Source: Armatimonadota bacterium (lineage in GTDB: Bacteria; Armatimonadota; SYMT01). From it: a stretch of 64,000 nt of DNA. Below are positions 19,373 through 27,293 of this stretch, one piece after another (within the stretch, counting starts at the first letter, position 1; every line of letters starts with the position of its first letter). The DNA lies in the NCBI GenBank assembly GCA_041690135.1, contig JAWLHY010000002.1, forward strand, positions 1,008,342-1,072,341. The letters are read 5' to 3'. A program made the translations under genes and the position numbers. The notes below the pieces were generated by a model, which was not told where the DNA came from, did not search any database, and saw only the letters and a program-made list of their open reading frames with translations.

Positions 19373-19490
19373 TCCGGAAACCTCGCGACCTTGCCCCCGC
19401 CTCCCGCCCGGCCAACCCACCATCCGTTCTGGTCATTAGTGTGGACTCGCCGATTGCATCGGCGACTGGCGACCTTGTCCCAGCTTCCCG
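19373..19490. repeat. Dispersed intergenic repeat with palindrome TCGCCGATTGCATCGGCGA, copy 1
   Basis: Aligns by eye with 53125-53242. Confidence 0.65.
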
Positions 19491-19844
19491 TACCGCCAAC
19501 CCCACCAACCCTTGGGTCACTTCCTTCGCGCTCACCGCCTCAGGATCGCTTGCTGCTTACCAATCCCCACCTCCCGTCCTGCTCCCCGGGTCCCTGTTAG
19601 GTGTCGCCACCGCGGGTCACCTTCACAAAGCCATCACCCTTCGACAACGGGCGCGAGTCCCCACGTCCGAGATAGAGGAACGGGCGCGGCGCAGGTGAAA
19701 TCCGGCGAGCCCCGCGCCCCCGCTGACTTGAGCGCGTGCCCCTGCGTAGAATAGCACGGAGGCAGGTCGCGGATGCGGGACATCACCCTGCCGGCAATCC
19801 GGTCGCACCGCCCTTCTGCCTGCCGCCAACCCGTAGTATTGCTC

Positions 19845-20978
19845 ATGGAATCTTCGATCCCGTCCTCTCGCGACACCGCGTCCTCCGACGCTCCCTCCCG
19901 CCCGGGAGCCCGGCGCTGGCTGGTGCTGGCGCTGGTGAGCTTTCTGGTCCCGTTGATCGCCATCGGTGGCTTCCTGGTGGTCTACGAGTTGCAGCAGCCG
20001 GCCTGGAAACGGCACAAGCCCGCGCCGGAGTTCGCCCTCCAGGACCAATCCGCCCGGACCCATCGGCTTTCCGACTACCTCGGGCGCGCCGTTGTGCTCG
20101 CCTTCTTTCCCGGTGACGACGAAAAGAGCGTGACGGCGCTCCGATCCCTGCGCTCCGCCGCCCGCGAGCTGGACATGCACGGTGTGAAGGTCTTCGCCGT
20201 GAGCTCGCAGCAGGCCGGCCCCGCCGGCGAGCTCTACCGGCGCGAGCAGTTGACTTTCCCCGTGCTGGCCGATGCGAATGGGATGGTCGCGCGGGCCTAC
20301 GGGGTCACCAGTGATGAGGGCCGGGCGGGCCTGGCGACGGTGATTGTGACCCCCAGCGGCACCATCGGCTACACGCTGCGGAACGTCGACCCGAAGGCGC
20401 ACGCGGACCAGGTGCTTCCGCTGGTGCAGTGCTGCATGGACGAGTTCGCACCCCGTGGCTCGAAAGCCCTGGGACAGCCCCTGCCGAACTTCTCCCTTCC
20501 CAACGTGGTCACCGGGGCCCAGGAAACGCTGTTCGGCACGGAATCCCCCCGCGCTACGGTAGTGGTCTTCCTTTCGGCCGAGTGCCCCTGCTCGCAGGGT
20601 TACGACGCCCGGCTGCGGAGCCTCGCCGACACGTATGGGTCCCGCGGTGTCCGGTTCGTGGCCGTGAATGCCTGCCACGGCGAGACGCTCGACGAAGCGC
20701 GGCAGCACGCACGCCGGGCCGGTTTCCCTTTCCCCGTTTTCCGCGACGCGACCCAAACGGTGGCCGGCCGCCTGGGCGCGCGCGTCACTCCGGAGGTGTT
20801 CGTGGCGGATCGCCAGGGAGTGGTCCGGTACCATGGCCGCATCGACGACAGCCGCGACCCGGAAGGGGTCCAGAGCCGGGATCTCCAGGCCACCCTCGAC
20901 GCACTTCTCCAGGGCCAGGACCCGCCCCAGGCCGAGACCCGCGCCTTCGGTTGCGCGATTCCCCGGCCCGCCAGTTAA
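19845..20978 (+). CDS. Membrane-anchored tandem redoxin (AhpC/TSA-like plus thioredoxin-like) protein
   Basis: N-terminal TM; APEFALQDQ...FPVLAD domain, then ECPCS...TPEVFV...YHGRIDD...FGCAI domain. Confidence 0.85.
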   Translation: MESSIPSSRDTASSDAPSRPGARRWLVLALVSFLVPLIAIGGFLVVYELQQPAWKRHKPAPEFALQDQSARTHRLSDYLGRAVVLAFFPGDDEKSVTALRSLRSAARELDMHGVKVFAVSSQQAGPAGELYRREQLTFPVLADANGMVARAYGVTSDEGRAGLATVIVTPSGTIGYTLRNVDPKAHADQVLPLVQCCMDEFAPRGSKALGQPLPNFSLPNVVTGAQETLFGTESPRATVVVFLSAECPCSQGYDARLRSLADTYGSRGVRFVAVNACHGETLDEARQHARRAGFPFPVFRDATQTVAGRLGARVTPEVFVADRQGVVRYHGRIDDSRDPEGVQSRDLQATLDALLQGQDPPQAETRAFGCAIPRPAS

Positions 20979-21079
20979 CGAGCTAAAAACCCCTCAGAAG
21001 GGACCCGGAACTTCCGGCGAAGTAATGCCATATTACTTCAATAGAGTGTCGTTGCAGTTCAGGGAGTAGTGGAACGTTC

Positions 21080-21556
21080 ATGGATCTTGGTCCGGGAGGT
21101 GTGCGGGGTGGCGGGTCGGACTATTTGCTGGAAGCGTGGAGGCGTCCACACGGATCCGGAAAGGTTGTCGTGGACGGCCGGCTCCCGCGGTTGGTCCGCC
21201 GTTGGGGCCGGCTTCGGCGCCTGGACGACACGGAGGCCGCGGCGGCCCTCCGAGATTGGGTAGAGTTGCTGGACGTGGGCCGTCGGGTGACCCTCCAGCG
21301 CATCAACCCGGGTCAGGTGACCGGCCCCACGGGTCGGAGGGGCTGTTCGCTGGTGGGCGTGGTGGCGGATCTCGAGGGGGCCAGGATCCTCCACACCCGT
21401 AAGTTGACCAGCGAAGACCTGGTCCACGAGCTACTCCATCTCGCGCACCCGGAATGGAGCGAGACGCAGGTGGTCCTGGAAACGGCGCGGATCCTGGGTA
21501 TCCGGCCGTGCCCCCACAATGTGCACTCCCCGGTGTGCTCGCACCATCGGCACTAG
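21080..21556 (+). CDS. Hypothetical protein with HEXXH zincin-like motif
   Basis: DLVHELLHLAHPEWSE; start uncertain. Confidence 0.55.
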   Translation: MDLGPGGVRGGGSDYLLEAWRRPHGSGKVVVDGRLPRLVRRWGRLRRLDDTEAAAALRDWVELLDVGRRVTLQRINPGQVTGPTGRRGCSLVGVVADLEGARILHTRKLTSEDLVHELLHLAHPEWSETQVVLETARILGIRPCPHNVHSPVCSHHRH

Positions 21557-21850
21557 GCTCGCGGGGGCCGTAACCCCGGAAACCGGTGCTCATCCGGAAT
21601 GGGCGAGTTCCATCTTCCGGTCAGAGAGCCGGTTGTTCCCGGCGTCCCCACCGATCCCATTCGAAACTCCGGCGCACAAGAATAGGAGAACGGAAGGCGA
21701 GTAGGGGAGGCGTCGCGTCCCTCTCCCGCCTTTCGTTCTCCCGTTCAGCCGGTGTGCACCTCGATGCACCCACCGAATGCCCGTTTGTTCCCCGGCGTGT
21801 TCCGCGCGTGTTGGCTGCCGGGAACCTCTGGGCGGGCCCCAAATGGGCTC

Positions 21851-22045
21851 TTAGCCCTCCGGGACGTTCAGGGTGTCGTAGGTCGCCTTGCTGATGAACT
21901 TGGTCAGGTTGGTGCCGTCCACTTCGGCCCGCACCGCATACCGCGGATTGCCGTTGCCCTGCGGGGTGTAGACAACCTTCTTGACCTGGCTCTCGTCCAC
22001 GCTGACCTTCTGGCGGGTCTTGACGTTATAAAACTCGATAGCCAC
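21851..22045 (-). CDS. Small beta-rich hypothetical protein (64 aa), DUF5679/CC1-like
   Basis: AAAGGAG RBS before GTG at 22045; strongly biased codon usage; MAIEFYNVKTRQKV...RYAVRAEVDGTNLTKFISK. Confidence 0.75.
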   Translation of the reverse strand: MAIEFYNVKTRQKVSVDESQVKKVVYTPQGNGNPRYAVRAEVDGTNLTKFISKATYDTLNVPEG

Positions 22046-22433
22046 GTATGATCTCCTTTCGCCGTGCGACCTGAGGCCGAACGGCACCTACTTCCTAGAG
22101 TCAGGGGTCCTGGACCGCGCGCTTCCGGGGCTACCGTGCGCCTTCGTGCTTCCCTGCCTGGAACCATCTTCGGCTAGCGCGCACTGATTCCGCATACTTC
22201 CAGGCGAGGATCGGTGCCTACCGGTAGTCCTTTCCCGGCCAATTCGGTGATCGGCCGGAAGCCGAGGCTCCTGCCGATGAAACAATACTGCATTATGGTG
22301 GGCGGTTCCTGCCTGGACTGGCGGGAATGGGCGGGCCGGAGGGGACAGAGCTTGCGAAGATGAATTCGTCCCTGGAGCCCGGACGGCGCGGTGGTTCAGT
22401 GTCGGCCGTCCTGGCCCACGGGAGGAACTGCGC

Positions 22434-23195
22434 ATGCGACGATTTGCGGATCAGGTAGCAGTGGTGACCGGCGGTGGGGCCGGCATTGGCCTGGCCACGG
22501 CGCGCCGGCTGGGTGCGGAAGGCGCGCGGGTGGTGGTGCTGGACTGGACCGCCGCGGATCTCGACCGCGCGGCGGCGCTGCTTACCGAGGACGGCACGGA
22601 TTTCCGCTGCGTCCGCGGCGACGTATCATCCACCGCCGACTGCGAAGCGGCCGTCCGGGAGGCCCTCGACGCCTGGGGTCGCCTCGACGTACTGGTCGCC
22701 AACGCTGGGGTGCGCCATTTCGGCTCCCTCCTCGACGCCACGGAGGAAGACTGGCAGCGGGTCCTCTCCGTCAATCTGCGGGGCACCGCCAACGCCTGCA
22801 TCGCCGCCGCCCGGGAGATGCAGCGCCGCGACACTCCGGGCGCCCTGGTCCTCGTCTCCTCCGTCCACGCGGAAGTCGCGCGCGCCCACATGCCGATCTA
22901 CGACGCCACCAAGGCCGCTATCGTCAGCCTCACCCGCTCCCTCGCCGTAGACCTCGCCCCCCGGATTCGCGTGAACTGCGTCTCCCCCGGCTTCACCGTC
23001 ACCGACTTCCACGTCCGCCGCGCCGCCGCCGAAAACCGCACCGAGGCCGACCTCCTCGCCACCCCCTCCGGCCTTCTCCAGCGCGCCGCCCAGCCCTCCG
23101 AACTCGCCGCCGCTATCGCCTTCCTCGCCTCCGCCGACGCCTCCTACATCACCGCCACCAACCTCCTCGTCGACGCCGGCGTCCACGCCATCTGA
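22434..23195 (+). CDS. SDR family oxidoreductase
   Basis: TGGGAGIG, ANAG, YDATK, IRVNCVSPG. Confidence 0.95.
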   Translation: MRRFADQVAVVTGGGAGIGLATARRLGAEGARVVVLDWTAADLDRAAALLTEDGTDFRCVRGDVSSTADCEAAVREALDAWGRLDVLVANAGVRHFGSLLDATEEDWQRVLSVNLRGTANACIAAAREMQRRDTPGALVLVSSVHAEVARAHMPIYDATKAAIVSLTRSLAVDLAPRIRVNCVSPGFTVTDFHVRRAAAENRTEADLLATPSGLLQRAAQPSELAAAIAFLASADASYITATNLLVDAGVHAI

Positions 23196-23244
23196 ACCGG
23201 TCCACGCCAGCTACGGGGACGCAACTCTGGAGGGGCGCGCCGCT

Positions 23245-23325
23245 TTGGTGCGAGGGGATTCCCCCTTCTCTGCGTCGGAGAAGGGCCGGGTACCCACGAA
23301 GTGGGTGGCGGGGGATGAGGTCGTC
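23245..23325. repeat. REP-like palindromic element (CCCCTTCTC...GAGAAGGG type)
   Basis: Near-identical to 41700-41797; related to 47630-47690 and 47792-47831. Confidence 0.75.
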
Positions 23326-23592
23326 CGGATCAACGGCAGCCTGCTTTGCCACAGCACCCACGAGTTGTTCTTACTCAGGAGGTACGCAGCCCCGAACGAT
23401 GGTTCCGGAAGCAACTCCATTCTAACCGCTCGGACGGCAGCCGTCCTTTCCACTACACGGGCGCTCGCCATCTGGCCGCGCCTGGAAGAGGTAGGTCTGA
23501 CGCATCACGCTGACCCCTGCAGACACGAAAAAAATAGCGCCACGAAAAGTGGCGCCAATGACTGCGGGGCTTGGGTTAGTTGACAGCCGCTG

Positions 23593-23614
23593 TTACACTC
23601 AAACTGGAGTAAAA
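23593..23614. promoter_or_regulatory. Candidate PadR operator 1
   Basis: TTACACTC-AAACTG-GAGTAAAA resembles the reverse complement of the site at 24334. Confidence 0.5.
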
Positions 23615-23763
23615 CGAGCGATTGCCGCCCTGCCGGCACCCGGTTTATGGCGCACCCCACAACCCGTCCGCCGGGATTCGCCGGCTATGAGAATCGCCCT
23701 TGAAACGAACCACGGCTTTCGCGGCGGAGCCCGGAGCAAGACCGTGGCGTACCGGAGGAACTG

Positions 23764-24324
23764 ATGTCGGTCCGTCTCTTCGTCTTGGGTATTCTCGCGG
23801 AACGGGACGCACACGGCTATGAGATCAAGGAGATCGGCCGTGCCTGGAAGCTGGACAAGTGGGCCGATGTGGGCTTTGGGTCCATCTACCACGCGCTCGC
23901 CAGGCTGCAGGAAGAGGGGTTGATCCGGGAACTCCGCACCGAACAGGAGGGAGACCGGCCTCCCCGCTCCGTCTATCGGATCACTCCTGCCGGGCGGGAG
24001 ACATTTCGCGAACTCGTGCGCGAAACTTGCCGTTCCGTGCAGCCGGAGCGGCGGGCCATTGACCTGGCGCTGCAGTTCCTCGCATACCTGCCGGCTGAAG
24101 AGCGGATTGCGTTACTCCAACAGCGCCTTGCTGCGTTGGAGCAGCGCCTCCGCGCAGCACCCGCAAGGCGGGAAGAGTTGAAGTTTCTGGAGATCAGCGC
24201 TCCGTGGGTGGGTGCGGCGCTGGAGCACCACCTGGCGCACCTGGAACTGGAAGTCCGCTGGACGCGGGAACTCCTCCAGCAGGTAGGGCAGTGGCCGGCG
24301 CGGGAATGTCAAAATGAGCCGTAA
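23764..24324 (+). CDS. PadR family transcriptional regulator
   Basis: LFVLGIL..HGYEIK, GSIYHALARLQEEGLI, RSVYRITPAG. Confidence 0.93.
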   Translation: MSVRLFVLGILAERDAHGYEIKEIGRAWKLDKWADVGFGSIYHALARLQEEGLIRELRTEQEGDRPPRSVYRITPAGRETFRELVRETCRSVQPERRAIDLALQFLAYLPAEERIALLQQRLAALEQRLRAAPARREELKFLEISAPWVGAALEHHLAHLELEVRWTRELLQQVGQWPARECQNEP

Positions 24325-24333
24325 CCGTTCGAA

Positions 24334-24355
24334 GTATATTCCAGTTTGAATATAC
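24334..24355. promoter_or_regulatory. Candidate PadR operator 2
   Basis: Perfect AT-rich inverted repeat GTATATTC-CAGTTT-GAATATAC just upstream of the CPBP gene. Confidence 0.6.
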
Positions 24356-24402
24356 AAGCCGGACCAATCGACGCACCGGCCCGGTGGCAAAGGAGGCGGA
24401 GA

Positions 24403-25086
24403 ATGGATAACGGTAAGCGGCTCGGGTTCCCTGGATGGCAGGTCTGGCTGGTTCTGGTCGGGTTTCCGGCGCTCTATCTGCTCAACAGTTTCACTCCCTG
24501 GTCTGTCGGCTTGTTCGGCCGCCAGGACCGTTCCTATTGGCTGCCGTTCATGACTTCTGTGCTGGTGCTCCACTGGGCCAGTGCCCTGGCGGTGTTCATC
24601 CTGGTACGGAAGGGCGGCGGCGCCCTCTCCGATCTGGGCCTCCGGATCTCGCCGTCCCGGGGTGCCCTGGGGCTGCTCCTGGTAATCCTCTGGAGCGCGG
24701 GTATGGTCTTCGCGCGTCACACCATGCCCCCAGCCTCCGGCTCGACGGCCCAGTATCCGTCCTGGCTGCAACTCTTCTATCCCCACACGCTTTCAGAGCG
24801 CTGTTTCTGGGTGGTTCTCTCGCTCAGCGCCGGCTTCTGTGAAGAGTTGGTCTATCGCGGCTATGCCATAACCGCGCTCCGACAGCGGGGTTTCCGCCTC
24901 TGGCCGGCGCTCGCTCTGGCGAGCACGTCGTTCGTGTTCGTCCATGGGTTTGCGGGGCTCTTCGCGTTCCCGATCTATTTCCTCAGCGGTCTGTTCTTTG
25001 CCTGGCTCTTCCTGTGGAGAAAGAGCCTCGTACCAGGAATGACGGTCCACGCCCTCTTCGACGTCAATGCCGTGTTCGCCGTGTGA
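24403..25086 (+). CDS. CPBP family (CAAX/Abi) intramembrane metalloprotease
   Basis: AGFCEELVYRGY, FVFVH, HALFD; multiple TM segments; AGGAGG RBS. Confidence 0.9.
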   Translation: MDNGKRLGFPGWQVWLVLVGFPALYLLNSFTPWSVGLFGRQDRSYWLPFMTSVLVLHWASALAVFILVRKGGGALSDLGLRISPSRGALGLLLVILWSAGMVFARHTMPPASGSTAQYPSWLQLFYPHTLSERCFWVVLSLSAGFCEELVYRGYAITALRQRGFRLWPALALASTSFVFVHGFAGLFAFPIYFLSGLFFAWLFLWRKSLVPGMTVHALFDVNAVFAV

Positions 25087-25412
25087 GGCCGATCCGCTAG
25101 GAATGGATACCAGTAGGCCGCCCTCCGCCTGTTGCCGGCCGGAGTGCCTGGCCCGAACAGGAACCGTGAGATTCGGGGACATGCGCCTTTCCCCTCCACC
25201 CTCCCGTCCCGCCCCGCACCCCCGGAGCGTCAGTCAGGAAGAAGGCAGAAGCGTGTGCTCCCTCCAGCCAAACGAGCCACGCTTCGGCCGCAGCCCTCCT
25301 TATCCTCATCATAATCTTTGTCCTAATCCGCGCAGCACACTGCCGGGTTCTGTCAGGGTGACCCTGCTACCATTCTTCCCAGAGGAACCTTCCGACCCCG
25401 AGGGAACGACCC

Positions 25413-26423
25413 ATGGAACTGCCGAGCGACTACCCGCCTTCCGAAGGCCGCTGGACCCCCAAGCGCCCCGTCCTCCGCCGCATCCTGTGGTACCGCGAGC
25501 GGATCGTCCATCACGGCGGCTTCACCCTGGCCGAGGCTCTCGACGCGCTGGAGATCCACGAGCGGACCTTCCACCGCGACATGGCCTACCTCCGCACCCT
25601 CCACTGGGACCTCGACTTCAACCGCCGGACCCTCCGCTGGGAGACCGGCGATGGCCTGGCGCCGCTCCCCCTCGCCACGGTGGGGGAGGGCGAGATGCTG
25701 GCGCTGCTGGTCGCCGAGCAGGCCCTCCGCTCCTACGCCGGTACCCCCTACGGCGAGTTGGTCCACCAGGCGCTCCACAAGCTGATCGACTTCTTCGACG
25801 CGCCTCTTACCGTGGACCTCAACCAGCCGTTCGTGCCCGTCGTCGGCGGCCCGCCCGTCCGCCGCGTGCAGACCCAGCAGTACCTCCGGCTCTTCGCCGC
25901 CTGCCGCGAGTGCCGCCGCCTGGAGCTCGAGTATTACTCCGCGGACCGCGGCGAGTGGACCACCCGCCGCGTCGATCCCTACCGCCTCTGGCTGTACGGC
26001 GGTGACCCCTACCTCATCGCCTACGATCATCGCCGCGGGAAGCCGCTCACCTTCGCCCTCGGCGAGCGGATGCGTTCCATCCGCGATACCGGCGAGACCT
26101 TCGAGCTCGACCCGGAGTTCGATCTGGACGCCTTCCTCGCGTCCGGCTTCGGCCTCTTCCAGGGCGGCCCCGTGGAGGACGTGGTCCTGCACTTCAGCTC
26201 CCGCGTGGCCCACTTCCTGAACGAGCGCGCCTGGCACGAGTCGGAGTCCAAAACCTCGCTCCCCCACGGCGGCCTGGAGCTGCGGATGCGCGTGCCCGTG
26301 AACATCGGCCTGCTCCGCTTCATCCTCCAATACGGCCCCGATGTCACCGTCGTGGAGCCGGCTTCCCTGCGCGCAGACGTTGCCGGGCTGCTGCGCAAAG
26401 CCCTGGAGGGCTATGGGGACTGA
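25413..26423 (+). CDS. HTH-WYL-WCX transcriptional regulator
   Basis: LEIHERTFHRDMAYL HTH; RRVDPYRL..YLIAYDHRR..TFAL WYL domain; FILQYGPDVTVVEPASLR WCX domain. Confidence 0.93.
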   Translation: MELPSDYPPSEGRWTPKRPVLRRILWYRERIVHHGGFTLAEALDALEIHERTFHRDMAYLRTLHWDLDFNRRTLRWETGDGLAPLPLATVGEGEMLALLVAEQALRSYAGTPYGELVHQALHKLIDFFDAPLTVDLNQPFVPVVGGPPVRRVQTQQYLRLFAACRECRRLELEYYSADRGEWTTRRVDPYRLWLYGGDPYLIAYDHRRGKPLTFALGERMRSIRDTGETFELDPEFDLDAFLASGFGLFQGGPVEDVVLHFSSRVAHFLNERAWHESESKTSLPHGGLELRMRVPVNIGLLRFILQYGPDVTVVEPASLRADVAGLLRKALEGYGD

Positions 26424-26666
26424 AGAGGGAGGCCAACTTAGTGCCGAGTGCCGGCCGCTGCTCCCCTCAATCTGTTGGTCAGGTAGTCGCTGTGGCGGAG
26501 ATGACACGCACCGCGAACGGAGAATGAGAGTTGTTTGGATATTCTTCTTGAAGCAGAGAAGGAACCGGCTGCTAGAGTATCGAATATTCTACGCGAACGT
26601 TTGGTGGTGGGCTGTTCGAATGTAAATCACACGCCTGCGGTGTGCGTGATGGGAGGAGATGCGGCG

Positions 26667-27293
26667 GTGAAGCGATACGAGGTGAGTTTTGAAGTTGAAG
26701 GGCCGGCCGCCATGTTCAACCGGCCGGACGCGGGTTCTACGCCCATTTCCTATCCGGTACCCACTTACTCTGCCTTGAAGGGCATGTTTGAAGCCGTTGC
26801 GCGCCTCCACGGAGCGTATCTCCGGCCGGTTCGTGTTGAGATATGCCGGCCCATCCGTTTTGAGAAATATGCCACGAATTACGGGGGGCCATTGCGCAAG
26901 CCCGACCAGATCAAGAAGGGCAACAACTATCAACTCGTAGCAACCATTCTCGTCGATGTTTGTTACCGAGTGTATGGGGATGTGCAACCCACGGGTGACG
27001 GTGATGGTTCGCTCAATCGCCTCCACGCGCTTCAAGTAATGTTCGAACGGAGACTGGCGAACGGGCAGTGGTACTATCCACCGGTGCTTGGCTGGAAGGA
27101 ATTCGTTCCAACGTATTTCGGACCTCTCCGGGACGGGAGCCGGCCGGAACCGGATGTGAACCTCTTTCTTCCCGCCCTGCTCCATTCGGTGTTCGATCGC
27201 CCGAAGGCCGGACGTGTCGCTCCGAGCTTTCGGCGGAATGTTCACGTTCGTGAAGGCGTGATCAATTTTGAGGAGGCGGCCGGTGCTGAGTGA
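26667..27293 (+). CDS. cas5: CRISPR-associated protein Cas5 (type I-C-like)
   Basis: FEVEGPAAMFNRP..SYPVPTYSALKGMFEA, ILVDVCY, MFERRL..G..PVLGWKEF; GGAGGAG RBS before GTG. Confidence 0.88.
   Translation: MKRYEVSFEVEGPAAMFNRPDAGSTPISYPVPTYSALKGMFEAVARLHGAYLRPVRVEICRPIRFEKYATNYGGPLRKPDQIKKGNNYQLVATILVDVCYRVYGDVQPTGDGDGSLNRLHALQVMFERRLANGQWYYPPVLGWKEFVPTYFGPLRDGSRPEPDVNLFLPALLHSVFDRPKAGRVAPSFRRNVHVREGVINFEEAAGAE

Noticed and set aside
26424-26666. Isolated CRISPR-like repeat, CreTA-type or regulatory mini-array near the cas genes
   Set aside because: No GTCGCAC or ATTGAAAC-like words found here or in the cas3-cas4 and cas1-cas2 gaps
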